A DNA stretch of 64,000 nt from Gracilinanus agilis (GCF_016433145.1 NC_058131.1:602456185-602520184), one strand, 5' to 3'; shown: positions 1 to 12,450, numbered from the stretch's first letter. Translations and numbers: made by a program. The notes: a model not told the origin generated them from the letters alone.

Positions 1-74
1 CTTTCTTTCCCATTTTCTCACTTTCTCTTTCTCTCCATTTCTCTCTTTCTCTCTGTTTGTTTGTTTGTATCTTT

Positions 75-252
75 CCTATCTTTTGTCTTCTGATTGATAA
101 AAACTATGAGTTCCAAGGCAGAAGAGCTAGGCAATTGATGTTAAATGACTTGTTCAGGAACACACAGCTAGGAAGTGCCTTGATCCACATTTGAACCCAG
201 GACTTCCCATTTCTATGCCTGGCTTTCTATCCAGTGATCCACCTACCTGCCT
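75..252 (-). mobile_element. SINE2_MD-like CORE-SINE (degenerate)
   Basis: Antisense match to the opossum SINE core and tail (ttccaaggcagaagag...aatgacttgttcagg...tttgaacccagga). Confidence 0.8.
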
Positions 253-438
253 CTATGGTCTTTTTTCAAGGTGAGGTATACATGCAAAATTCAAGGGTCA
301 TGTTTCGGTGTGCTTTTACCAATGCTATTCCAGGAATTGCAGAATGATAGGATCCTCAAACTTGAAAAGGGTTGATAGCCAGTCAAGAATACTGATTCTT
401 AGACTATCCTAAGAGAAGCCAAAGGAAAAAAAAATATA

Positions 439-490
439 TATATATATACATACATATGTACCTATATATGTATGTATATATGTGTGTGTA
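439..490. repeat. (TA)n/(CA)n/(TG)n microsatellite
   Basis: Directly visible dinucleotide runs. Confidence 0.9.
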
Positions 491-3180
491 TTCAAGCATA
501 TATCTGGTACCAATACTTTTATTAAAATCATGTTTATCCCTTTAGAAAATTTGGAATATCACCAAAGAAATAACAATCATGAAATTTACTTATATTTTAT
601 GATGCTTTTTCCCCCTCCTCCATCTGTCAATGTCGCTGCTTGAGAACATTTCTAAAGAATGGAGCCATAGCAAGGGTGACTTAATAACTGGTTATCAACC
701 AGATCCCCTTATATTCCTCTTACCTAGAATCAGAACTGAAGTCTGAGGCTTGACTGAATTTCTAGGCAGGAGTTAGGTGGCTCCAGATGTCAGGGTTTTG
801 AGGTAGTACAGGCAGAAGATCACACATGAATCTGATATGAGAGAGCCAGTAGCAGAGGTTGTAGTTTCAGAGAGTAAAAAGAGAATGAGTCAGAACTAGG
901 ATGTGTAACAAAGAACCATAGAAGTTGAGTCCAAAATAGGGGATACAAAGTTAATTAACTTGAATCAGAAGAGCAGGATTCAGAATCTGGAGAACAGACC
1001 AGGTTCAGAACCATAAGATATAAGTGATAGCTAAATTTCGCTTCAAATGAAAACTCAAGCCATTGGTTTAAGAAGAGGTTAAGGTCAAAACAACAAATGA
1101 TCAAAATATGAACAAGGTGGTATTGAACCATCAGAGATGGTCCAATGTCTACTTCCTTTAAGGGGAGCACAGCTCATTGCCCAAGACTTTCTCAGTAGGG
1201 CTGTAATTTCATGTAAGGCACATATGAGACAAGACAGAAATTTGCATCTAGCCAAGATGAAACCTTAGAAATCAGGCATATCTTGACAGTCAGGCAAATG
1301 AGACCTAGATACTGAGCCAAACAATTTAAAGAAAGTCTTCTGGTTATATTGCTATGACACAGCAAATATTGTCTTATTCTTTAGTGTAATGGATAATTAA
1401 TATTACCCAAGGCCATGTTGGGTGGAGTCCAACTAATTTCATTGAGCCACATTTCAAGAGCTTGAAAGGTATGTTCATGTTATTTTCTTGATCCCCCAAA
1501 TTTTCCTTAGCGACTTTTTTGTTTTAGCACCCTCTAGATCTACTGGCACTGTCTATATAACCCTATAATACCCCCATTTGGGCTACTAAACTCTTCTCTT
1601 CATATTTAGGCAAGCCTTAGACTGGGATAAATCCAGGTTCTAGGTAAAGGGATAGAAGGAGCTCTAGATGAGTAGTTAACCAGTAAAACACCTTTGCTGT
1701 GTCTCCTACTATATTTTTGTATCCTTATTCTAGAAGAAGGAAAGTGATCTTTAGCACTGGGGTAGGACTTTGTGGCTTTCTAGTAAAAGAAGTGGGTTTG
1801 ATCATTTAAAAGGTTGGTAAGTTTTAAAGTCCAGTGTTTCTGTCTTTCCCAGACTGAGAGATCAAAATGACTGGCTTCAGACCTGGTTACCTTAAGAATG
1901 CAATCTGACTTCTAGAATTAAGGGGACAAAAGGTTTAATATAGTAAATAAACAAAGGAAGGGAATGGGAGGGAGGGCCAAGGAAATTCCCTAGCACTAAA
2001 AGCTCTAACACTCCTCCTAATCTATGAGATCCTCTAGGACCTGCCTTCTTTGTCTTGCTGTTATCTATCACTCTGAAGGAAAAAGCAACCAACTTCCTGC
2101 TTCAGTCTTCAAGTTCCCTCTTTATTCTGATCTCACATTCTTTTTGATCCCTCTTTTTGGCTTTCCTTCCATAATTAATTTTCTTTGCATCCTGTATCTT
2201 TTTTCAACTCACCTTCTTCTTTTCCTATTCTAATACTAGGTTTAGAATCCATGTCCTTCTCAGAGGCTCTATGACTTTCTACATACCCTCCTGAGTCTCT
2301 TCTCAAATGCCTATATGCCTAATATACCCACCAAACCTCATAGCTTTCCTTGCTTGAGTTCAATCTCTATTGCTGTTGTGACTACCATGGGACTAACTTC
2401 TTTTTAGTCATAATGTGATAGATTTAGAACTCGACAATGACCTTGGAAGCCATTGAGTTCATCCCCCTAATTTTACAGATGAGGAAATTGAATCATAGAG
2501 GGGTTACTGTTCATTTGCCAGGAGATAGCTAGGGCTATGAATTTCCATTGTGGGTAGGAGACAAAACAAATACATATCTCTGATACTATAATACTTCAGG
2601 TCATGTTATTATGATTCTTTTATTGTGTTTGTAGTTTTATTGGGTGTAGGATTTCCATATGGTATGTTGATCTGCTGGTTGTGATTTGATGGAAGCTATT
2701 CGGGTTGTAGTATCTGGTGGGCTTTCTACCCTTGCTATCAAATTCTGGACTCATATTTGTAGGTCCAGCTATTGTCCTCCCAGCCTCAAATCAGCCAGGG
2801 AATAATATCTAAAACCAATCTTAATAGGACAGTCTGTGAACTCTTTAGTCATAGGTACCACTGAAATGAAGATAAATCAGACAGAGTAGAACCACACTAA
2901 TATTGTCTCTTCATTTGTGAATCCCTATCATTTGGAAGAAATTGAAGTCCTCTCTTATAGATAACAATCTAACTCAGGTTTAGATACTTCCAAGATCCTT
3001 TTTATATTAGCATGCTAGTGAATTGGAGCTAAAGCAAATGATAATCTAAAGAGGTTGAGTTGTTTTCTCTAAAGCAGCTTACCTTGCCTTTATTAGTCTG
3101 TAAGTTGGCAGAAAATTCCCCTTGTTTTTGTCCTATGAACAAAACTTATGGTCTCCCTTCATTATCATAAAAAAAAGAAA

Positions 3181-3311
3181 ATCCGGCTTCAGACACTTCC
3201 CAGCTGTGTGACCCTGGGCAAGTCACTTGACCCCCATTGCCTACCCTTACCACTCTTCCACCTATAAGTCAATACACAGAAGTTAAGGGTTTAAAAAATT
3301 TAAAAAAAAAA
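3181..3311 (+). mobile_element. SINE1_Mdo, 5'-truncated, young
   Basis: cagacacttcccagctgtgtgaccctgggcaagtcacttgacccccattgcc...aatacacagaagttaagggtttaaaaa with an A-tail; same family as 28261-28445 and 37653-37832. Confidence 0.9.
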
Positions 3312-3349
3312 GAGCTTGTCACCCATCTATCCCATTTGTTAGTAGGCCA

Positions 3350-3594
3350 CAAAGGAATGACCTGACTAATGTTTAACAACTAAGTTTCTAGGGAAAAATA
3401 CATGCATGACAAATATTTGTTTAATCTGCATGATTGACAGGTTCTATATCACTTTCTTAAGACTAGATGATAAAAAATGATAGATCAAGTCCTGATTTGT
3501 AGTGTTTGCTAATTTCCGAGGTGTAAATACTCATACTGAATATTTAGCAGTTGGCTCCTAGGAGCCAGTTCAAGCTGGCTGTAACACACCCCTG
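3350..3594 (-). mobile_element. Non-autonomous hAT-Tip100 (Arthur1/MER69-like) element
   Basis: Ends in ...aacacacccctg; internal ttgtagtgtttgctaatttccgaggtgtaaatactc; reverse-complement similarity to 6558-6800. Confidence 0.6.
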
Positions 3595-4043
3595 TAAGGG
3601 CACAATTGAGATTCTATTAATTATTATATTAGTAACATATAAATACTGTTGCTGAGGAATTATGAAATTCTGATCAATGTATGGTAGTGCATTGAGTTAA
3701 ACTATATCTTCTAATTTAAGGAGGCAAATTCATCATATTTTTGGGAGTTGGTAGGGCAAGAGTCATCGCTAGAATGGTTTTGGAAGGATGTACATCATTT
3801 AAAAAGATGATAAAAGTGATGGTGAAATGAAAAAGGTCTACTTATGAGGAAATACAGGAAGCTGAGGGAGGACATATGGTGGGGAATATTTAGGTAAGGA
3901 TCAGTGGAAGGAAAAAAGAAGTCAATACTGTGGTAGGATTATGCTACAGGCCAGCAGGATCAATGTAGAAATTAGAAAAGCAGTTTGGAAAATGAATTTT
4001 GAAAGAATAGAAGAATAATATTCCAAATGTATTGTGAGTAGCA

Positions 4044-4288
4044 AGGCAACCAGGTGGCACATTGGATAGATTATCAGGCCTGGAGTCAAGAAGAACCAAG
4101 TTCAAATCCAGTCTCAGAAACTAATTAGCTGTGTGATCCCAGGCAGGACATTTAACCCCACACATCTCAGTTTCGTCATCTGTGAAAGAAATGGAGAAGG
4201 AAATGACAAATCACTCCCGTATCTTTGCCAAGAAAACCCTAAATGAGATCATAAAGAGTTGGTCATGACTGAAGTGACTGAACAACAA
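4044..4288 (+). mobile_element. Mar1 CORE-RTE SINE
   Basis: tRNA-like head, CORE, and RTE/BovB-type tail ggagaaggaaatgacaaatcactcccgtatctttgccaagaaaaccc...gactgaacaacaa. Confidence 0.88.
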
Positions 4289-4384
4289 TTCTGATAAGCA
4301 CAAAATATAGTGGAACTCTCACATCTCTAGTCTAGGACACTGAGCTTCTCTTAATTCAACCTAAGGCACTATTATTTATTTTTT

Positions 4385-5150
4385 TGGCTGCCATCTCACA
4401 CTACTGTCTTATAATGAACGGCCAGCACTAAGTCCTATATCTTTTCCAGATGAATTATTGCATAGCTATGTTTTCCTCATCTTATGCTCATGGTATTGGT
4501 TTTTTGAACCTAAACTCATTTAGCTTTACATGTTTCCTTATTAATTTTCATCAGATTAAATTCAGTCTGTAGTTTGAGCTCATCAGAATAATTTTTGGGG
4601 GGAGAGGGAAAGGGATCCTGAGATTGCATTCCAATGCTATTCTTCCACTTTTTGTCATATGTAAGCTAGATAAATACACCATCTATTACTTTATTCTCAT
4701 CATTGATGTAGTCATAAAGTCAACCACACATCCTGAGGGAAGTCTATTGAAGACCTCTTTCTAAGCTGTCATGAAATCATTAAGGACTACTCTCTATTTC
4801 CAGCCATTCAACCAATTCCAAATATCTAGCTATCTAGCCCACATCTCACTAATTTTTCCCTACAAGAATTCTATGTGAGATTCTATCAGATATAAAGTCC
4901 AAGTATAGTTACAATAGTCTGACATACCATTTAATAACTCTTTCAAAGAGTGAAGTTAGCATGACCTACACTTGATAAAACCATGTTAAACTCATTATTT
5001 TCCTTGCTTCTTTTTCTAGATGTTTACTAATAATGTACTTAATGTTATATTCTGGAATTTTTCCAAGGATCAAATTTAAGCCTATAGTTTCCAGGCTTCA
5101 TCATTCCACCCGATTTTTCTTTTAAAAATCAGGAGAACATATGTACTCTT
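4385..5150 (-). mobile_element. L3/CR1 LINE fragment (RT region)
   Basis: Antisense CR1 RT-type sequence, similar to the other L3 copies at 16280-17460, 28868-29600 and 44350-45960. Confidence 0.75.
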
Positions 5151-5184
5151 CTAATATTGTTTTCCTCTTAAATTCATGCTTCTT

Positions 5185-5500
5185 TATCTTTAAAAAGTTT
5201 TATTGATGATCTCTGTCTTTACATTACAGCCAAAAACCCCTGCACCCTGCCCCTAGATTCAATTCTTCTTGTGACAAAGAAAATTAATAAACCAAAAACA
5301 TTATACAAAAGCAATGTCTGGCAATATATTCTACTAAATGTATAGAATATAATATTTTACTATAATATTCTACCAAATTTAGTAGAATGTAAATTTGTCC
5401 TCTCCCTCTCTATCTTTATTTTTTCCACAGGATCTTAATTACTTTTCTTATTGCTCAGAGTTCAGCTTTTGGTCATTTTCTCTTTAATATTGCTGCAAGA
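5185..5500 (-). mobile_element. Old L1 3'-end fragment
   Basis: T-rich start (ttttattgatgatctctgtc) followed by sequence resembling a marsupial L1 3'UTR. Confidence 0.45.
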
Positions 5501-6269
5501 TATAGATTCACAACATATGGTGGGGGTAAAATGTGTAGAGAAAACATAGGACTTATTATTACTGATAAAAAAGTGATTGAAAGAAAATCAATAACTACTG
5601 ACTTATATGTGTACTTTCCCAGCTATATGAAATCTAATCTATAAGGCTCATCTAATCACAAGATGAAGACATCCTCAAGTGTATCAGTAGGGAACAGGCA
5701 AGCTTTTGCAAGCAATATTCTATAATTGGCCATATATCTATTTTCATGTAATTGACTGAAAGATGAGGAGAATGTAGACTCCCACTGTGTTTGTTATTTA
5801 TTGATTATGAAAAAAATTATTTTGTTTGGTGGAGCAGAATGGCTTTCTTTCAGCATGTTATTTCCCACTCATAAATCAAAATCATTCCTTATTCCTTAAA
5901 AGCTAGAAACACCAGAAACAACTTTGTCCAACAACCTGCTGATATCAAATATCATGTGAGGCATAAAACATGGAAATACATGTTTACTAAAGGTGTTGGG
6001 TGGATCTCTACGGCAAGCTTTTGGAAAGATACAGACAGAACTCATATCGGAGTTCCCAGGGATGTGAACATCAGAGGGAACATGAGAATTGAGATCACAG
6101 ACTCATTTGAGCTCACTTGTGCCAACCATTGTGTTAAGCACCGAGGATGAAATTCAGGAGTGAAACTACCCTAAAGAAGCCCATGTTCCAGTGTTCTGTT
6201 GCGGGAATACACCATGAACAAAATTAGAACGATGTATGTAAACCAATACAGGGTCACTTTAAGACAGAA

Positions 6270-7300
6270 ACAGTCTTAACAATGGGAAATCAGGAAAGTC
6301 AGCATATGGAAAAAGGCATCTGAGCTGTGCTTTGAAGGAAGCTAGGAATTCTATAATGCTCAGTTGAAGGGAGAACACATTCCAGGTCTGGGAGAGGCTC
6401 AAGCAAAGGTATGGGGATGGGAGATGACGACACAAGGAACAACTATCAGGACAGTTTGATCAGAATAGGTACCTATCATGGACCTATCCATCAACAAACT
6501 TTTTGTTTCAGGCATTTACTACATGCCAGATACTGTGCAAGGTGCTAGAGGTCTAAGCAGGGATGTGAACCAGCTTATGTTTCCAGAGAGCTGATTATTC
6601 ACTTTTCAGTGTGAGCTTTTACACTTCTGAAATCGGGAAGCAGGATAAATCAGGGCCCAATTTATTGTTTCATTGACTGTGTAAACTGAAGGGAATGATG
6701 GTTAAAATGTTAATAATGCAGATTAAATTTAAAAGTGTGTCTTGTGGTTTCTTTCTTTTTTGGAGAATTGACTGTTAAGCACCCTTGGCATACAGGTATT
6801 AATTGGAAATTCTCTCACACTTAAAGATCTTACATTGAAATGGAAGGAGGAGAAGTAATATGAAATAAGACTGGAAAGGTGGGAGCCAGAATAAGGAGGG
6901 TTTTAAATACCAGAATCATAATTTAAAAATTCTATCTTAGCGGTCCTTACAAACTATTAAAGATTTTTGAATGGCAAAGATGGAGGGGGTGACGTGGTCA
7001 TATCTATGTTTTAGAAATGTGAATTTGGCAGCTATAAGGGGGAGGCATTGAAGAGAGGAGTGACTGGAGGCAGGAAGGCCAATTAGGAGGCTGTTTCAAC
7101 AGCTCTGGGAGAGATAATGAGGGCTTGAAATATAGTTGAGGCTGTGTGAAAGGAGAAAGAGGAATCAATCAGAGAGATATTGTAAAGTTAGAATGGTCAA
7201 AGCTTGGCAACTGATTGGATGCAGGGGACCCTAGAAGCTAGTCATAAAGATTTTTCTTTTAATCCAGTGGGCAATGGGGAACCATTGAACATTAAATTGA
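6270..7300 (-). mobile_element. L2 LINE fragments, interrupted by a hAT element
   Basis: L2-type purine-rich motifs (ctgagctgtgctttgaaggaagctagg; actggaggcaggaaggccaattaggaggctgtt). Confidence 0.7.
6558..6800 (+). mobile_element. Non-autonomous hAT-Tip100 (Arthur1/MER69-like) element
   Basis: Starts cagggatgtg; contains aaatcagggcccaatttattgtttc...aaaatgttaataatgcagattaaatttaaaagtgtgtc; homologous to 3350-3594. Confidence 0.62.
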
Positions 7301-7888
7301 GTGTTAAGAATTGCCCTAATTTGTTACCTATGTTTTCTCTTGCAAGTTATAACTACTTACCAATTTTTGTCTATAAGCCTCAGGCTGCCTAATTCTTTGA
7401 CTGATCTCCATCCTAGCAGAATGAGCATCAGGATCTCCAGGCTAGGAGATGAATTAGCCCAAGAATCAAGGTCTCCTTAGACTTGGTGCTCCTTACTCAT
7501 TTTATCCTGACATGTTATATTTCTTTTTAAACTGACTTTTGCTGAGCCTTGACCTAAAGAGTAGGGCTAGGAAGCAGGTTGGATTTATGCCATGGGTGTG
7601 AGACACAGATAACAGTATGATCGTGGAGGCAAGGGATAGTCTAGGCCATAGCTGTTGGCAGCCCCCAGGCTATGAACATGGGGGATGGAGGCAGTGGTTA
7701 GAGCAGAGATGACAGATTAGCTCTTCAAAGACATCAGACTCAGGTTTTTTTTCCCTATCTGAATGTTAGCACTACAGACAACTCTGAGGGATGGTCACTG
7801 CTAAAATATAATTCTAGAATGAATGATCTTTGATCAGGAGGCAACTCTGGTCCACTAAGCTAGTTCTGTATCTCCTTGGTATGTTTAG

Positions 7889-7943
7889 GCAGAACTCATT
7901 CTACACCATCTGGCTCTTCATAGCTGGAGTCTCAAATGTTCAG
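7889..7943 (+). CDS. Candidate 55-nt exon (xQNSFYTIWLFIAGVSNVQ), unidentified gene
   Basis: Acceptor ...tatgtttag|G and donor CAG|gtattg; stays in frame with the next exon across a 93-nt intron. No homology recognised. Confidence 0.4.
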
Positions 7944-8036
7944 GTATTGCTGTCTGTGAATAGTAAAATTTCATCTGCATAGTCCATATTTATGTTTGTT
8001 CTAATCTGTTGTTTCCTGTTCTATCCCCTTGCTTAG

Positions 8037-8312
8037 GATCTTTCTGCTCTGATAGCTACCTTCACAAGCAACCTCTTACCAACCTCTAAGAAACACTCAG
8101 TTCATCCTTGCATGAGCCCTGCTACACCTATGGTCAGTGCATCAGTATCAGAACTACAAACTTCTGCTTGGGAAAAATGTAGCTTTCAATTTGTGGGGCA
8201 CTTGAAAGATATCTGGAGAGGGGAATTCAACAGCTTTGTCTCTTGGGTGTCATGCCCTAGCTTGACAGTCTTCCTAATCGTCACTTTAGTTTGTGATAAG
8301 TTGAGAAGCAAC
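8037..8312 (+). CDS. Candidate exon (DLSALIATFTSNLL...KLRSN), unidentified gene
   Basis: Branch point ttctaat (7999-8005), long polypyrimidine tract and TAG acceptor; open for 92 codons to AAC|gtgagt, with an alternative donor ATG|gtcagt after 8132. Confidence 0.4.
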
Positions 8313-8449
8313 GTGAGTTATTAGGTAGAATGCTGAACTTGAGGTTAGAGTTAGAATCTGGGTTTAAATTCCATTTTCAAGGACTCTGCCTTCTTAACTG
8401 AATGACTCTTCTCATAAGTCGCTGAAAATTTTGAAGCTGTTTCCTAAGA

Positions 8450-10070
8450 GCTCCATCTTTCCTCCTCATATTATATCACTCATTCATCTTCCCCCATTAT
8501 CTTCTCTTTAACTCCTGTCTTAGAAGAAAAGATGACCCTTCTTGTCACAGCAAATGCTTTTACATGTCTCCTGATCCAGTACTCTGTAATCTTCTATGGC
8601 AGTTTACTCTCATTATTTATTATAGTCACTTTCTCTGATCTTTTCTATATATGATTTCCTCCCCATTGACTACAGGCAAGCCCATGTTACTTCATCCTTA
8701 GAAAGCCTTCAAATGATCTGATCATCTTTGGGAGCTATCATTCTTTATCTTACCTCCTTTTCTCAGCTAAATTCCTTAAGAAAGTCTTTTTCATCAGATG
8801 CCTCCATTTCTTTTCCTCTTACTTTTCCTTCCTACTTACTTTCTAAACAATGGCTTCCAATCTCATTATTAAATTAAAATACCTCTCTCAAAAGTTGCCA
8901 GTGCTCTATTAACTGCCAAATCAAATGACCTTTTAAAAATATTTATCATCTTGACTTCTCTGTAGCCTTGGAAAACTGTTGATCATACTGTCTCCTTCTG
9001 GTCATTTTCTCATCTCTAGTTTATCATGACGTTTCTCTCTCTTACTAGTAAATAGAATTCTCTCTTACTTGCTCTTCTACTTGGTCTTCTGCTCTTTTCC
9101 TCTTTTATTGGGTGTTTATCCAGGTCAACATATGTATTGAAACTCTCAAACACTAATTTTCTAGTTGCTCAATTTATTCATTTCCCATAACCTATTCCTC
9201 CACTCCACTCCAGCCACACACAATGATGATCACACCCTTCATCTTAATATCATTCAAAATACACAGTCCCTATTCTCATGAACTCTGAAATTCCCTTATC
9301 TGTTCACAATCTATTGTCATTTCCTTTTCTCCTCTGCAATCCCAAACCTTGTTCTCTATTTTCACCATCATCTCCAATTCTTCAGCTTTCTAGTTCTTTC
9401 CTAGCCATCATCTCTGTACTGGTTACACTCTCCTTCCTTCCACATCTTGATCTTCTGGTGAATCTGTACAGCTTTATATCATCCTTTTCTCTTGAATATT
9501 TTACCTTCTAATCCTATTGTTGTTCTTGCACCTGCCTTTTCTTCTACCATCTGCTACCTTCATTCCCATCAGCATGTTGCTAAACAAAGGTAAGGAAAAT
9601 CATGAAACTATGTTGATCAGATTTCCTATAAATTTATGTTACATAAACTTAGCTGAACTCTCAGGGCAGCAAGACAACTCTTATATCTTCCTACTTAGCA
9701 CTCTATCCCATTTTACCATAGCAACTTATCTAGATCTTTTATTCTCCCTTCAACTCTCCCATATCTCTCCTTTCCCAATCCTCTCATGTGAAGGCCATTC
9801 ACTGAGAACTCCTTCTTCTCCCCAACTCATCCTACCTCCAAGGTATCTTCTGCTTTCTCAAGTGAAAAAAGCCCTTCTTTCCAAAGATACATGAACAAAT
9901 GATCCCATCTCAACTCTTCTTTAACAGGCGCACACTCCTCTATCGTTCTTATTCTTTAACTTATCCTCAATGCCTTTCATTCTACTGCCTACACACATGC
10001 CTGTGTCTTCCCTATTCTCAAAAATAGCTTCTCTTGATTTGTCCTTTTCTCTCTTTTGTGGTTCAGTATC
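8450..10070 (+). mobile_element. L2 LINE fragments (degenerate ORF2)
   Basis: Pyrimidine-rich L2 motifs (ccaaatcaaatgaccttt; ttgacttctctgtagcc...gatcatac). Explains ORFs 9278 and 9517. Confidence 0.75.
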
Positions 10071-10361
10071 TTCTTCTTATTGAACATCCCTGAAATGAAG
10101 GGCGTTTGGGCCATTAGGATATTTTCTTGGCATAACTAAGAGGCTTACCAGTTAGGGTGAGAGTACAAATGGAAAAAGTGGGAGATGGATGGAGCAAAAG
10201 CTGAGGTGAGAGCTGTACTATAAATAAGTGAGGAATCATTGGTAGATTCCATCATTCACTGAAATTAAAAAAGGCAGTTTATTAAATTAGACCATGCTAA
10301 CAAAGGACAAAAATACCTTCCCAAATAATGATTCATCTGTTTTCACAAGGCTTTCCCCCAG

Positions 10362-10445
10362 ATAACCCCCTCATTACACTGGTATTTGAGGGATGAAGAA
10401 GGAACAAGTTCTGAAAACTGTCAGGCTGCCAAGTTGAAGGACTGA
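10362..10445 (+). CDS. Weak candidate terminal exon (ITPSLHWYLRDEEGTSSENCQAAKLKD*)
   Basis: Acceptor ggctttcccccag|; the phase-0 frame is compatible with the 8037 exon. No homology recognised. Confidence 0.2.
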   Translation: MTPSLHWYLRDEEGTSSENCQAAKLKD

Positions 10446-11000
10446 TACCTGTTCCTGGCCTGAATGATAAAAATAACAAAACATTATTCCTCTCATGGGT
10501 TTAGAGTTATGGTGCTTTATGAGGGTCACTTCAGCCCTGAGAGAATCAGGCATAAACATACGAAAGGCATGGAATCCCCACAAGGATCATCAAGGGCATT
10601 TTCACCAGATCAGTTCTTTTGAGTGTTTCAGAATCTATTAAAACCACAAATACTCCCTGTAGTAGCTTTGAAGGAAAAACTCTTTTCCTTGGTACTATTG
10701 GTATTGCTCTTTTGGTATTGGGAGAAGAGCTTTGGCCTAAGAAATAGGGCATCTGTTCTTGGCCTTGCTCATTATCAACCACACAACCTTGGAAAAGTTG
10801 CATTACTGGAACCTCAATCTCTTCATATACAAAATTGGGATAGCAACAATAATTCTCACTTATGCATGCTTTAAGATTTTTTTCTTTTTTCTTAACCATC
10901 TTTTGAAGTAGGTAGTTGAGATATTATTAACTTTCATTTACAAATCAACCAACAATCAGTCAATCCATTCAGACATTTATTTATTAAGTTCCTACTAGAC

Positions 11001-11220
11001 TATCAGTTCTCAAAGTATGATTCAGGGTCCTTTGGGGCTCCCAAGATCCTTTCAGGGGGCCTGAAAAATCAAACAGTTTTCATAATACTAAGACACTTTA
11101 AATTTCTATGTGGTAAATATAGATGGACAGTAATCCATGTAAACAAAAGCTTTGAGGGATCCTCAATAATTTTTAAGAGTGTAAAGAGATCCTGAGTCCA
11201 AAATTTTCAGAACTACCCTG
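11001..11220 (+). mobile_element. Charlie-type hAT MITE, copy 1
   Basis: cagttctcaaagtatg...ttttcataatactaag...ttcagaactaccctg; degenerate TIRs; sits in an L2 3' tail. Confidence 0.7.
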
Positions 11221-11270
11221 TTGGATGATAGATATACAGAGATAGAAATTAAACAGTTGCTACAATCAAA

Positions 11271-11478
11271 GATTTTCTATAAGTGTGTTCCATGGGGGTC
11301 CCCAGAATCCTAATGGGAATTTCACAAGGTCAAAATCATTTTCATAATAATACTAATACACTTTTATTTCTAATATGGTAAATGTAGATAGATATGACAT
11401 AAGAGACAAAAGATTTGGGGAGGTCTTCAAAAATTTTTAAGAGCAATAAGGGATCCTGAGACCAAAGAGTTTGAGAAC
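11271..11478 (+). mobile_element. Charlie-type hAT MITE, copy 2
   Basis: Colinear with copy 1 (caaggtcaaaatcattttcataataatactaa...gatcctgagaccaaagagtttgagaacta). Confidence 0.7.
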
Positions 11479-11539
11479 TATTATGTTAGACAATAGGTGT
11501 ACAAAAACAAAAATGAAAACATCTTTGTTATCAAGGATC

Positions 11540-12450
11540 TTATAAGGGGAAATATAAAAGTAATAACTTTTTACAAAGTAAATAAGAGGTCATTTCACTG
11601 GGGAAGCTCTAGGTACTCAAGGGCATAAAAAAAGGCTTCAGATAGGAAATCATCTTTGAGCTAAGCTTTGAAGGAAGCTAAGAATTCTAAGAGATGGAGA
11701 TGAGGGGAGAGGGCGTTCATTTTGTATGAGGGAGACCACCCATGAAAGATGCAGAAATGAAAGATGTGTAATGTTATGAGTGAGAAACAGTAAGTTTGGC
11801 TGGACCATGGAGTGTGTAAGGTAGAGAAATATGTAACAAGACTGCAAAGGAAAGAGGGAGCAGTGGGGTGAAGGGCTTAAAATGACAAAAAGGAGAGTTG
11901 GTGTTTGATCTTATATATGGAATCTACAGGTCTAACAGGTTCTGGAACCACCAGAGTTTATGGAATAGGAAAGTGATAATAGATGTTAGACCAGTACTTG
12001 AGGAATAACATTAGCAGATGAATAGATGATATATTACAGAGTGGAGAAGCTTGAAACAAGAAAATCAATTAAGAGGACATTATAGGGGCAGTGACGTAGA
12101 ACAATGGATAGAACCCTAAGACTGGAGTCATGAGGACTTGGGTTCAAATGTGACCAGAGACACTTCCTAGCTATGTGATCCTGGAAAAGCCATTTAATAC
12201 TGATTACCTTGCCCTGACCATTCTTCCATCTTACAATTGATACTGAGATAGAATGTGAGGATAAAAAAAAGAGAGAATATTATACATAATACATTCTTAA
12301 GCATTTAGTGGCTACTCAAATAGAGAGAAGGGGGCAGATGCAAGAAATGTGGAAATTGACTCAACAAGACTTGTTGATTGATTGAATATGTGGAGAGTAA
12401 GAGGTAAGGATAACTACAAGATTGTAAACCTAAATGACTGGAAGTTAAGG
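11540..12450 (-). mobile_element. L2 fragment with a plus-strand SINE2-like insertion (~12085-12270)
   Basis: L2 antisense motifs flank ggggcagtgacgtagaacaatggatagaacc...cttccatcttacaattgatactgag. Confidence 0.7.

Noticed and set aside
3083-3132. Minus-strand 50-nt exon with a strong AAG|gtaagc donor
   Set aside because: Isolated, with no partner exons or recognisable peptide; expected by chance.
5956-6240. Coding-looking segment near the 7889 exon
   Set aside because: All frames hit stops; no frame combines a good acceptor with a good donor.
10555-10800. RHGIPTRII resembling a Gypsy/ERV integrase core
   Set aside because: No DQG/DNG motif, and the spacing to a YHPQ-like motif is about twice that expected.
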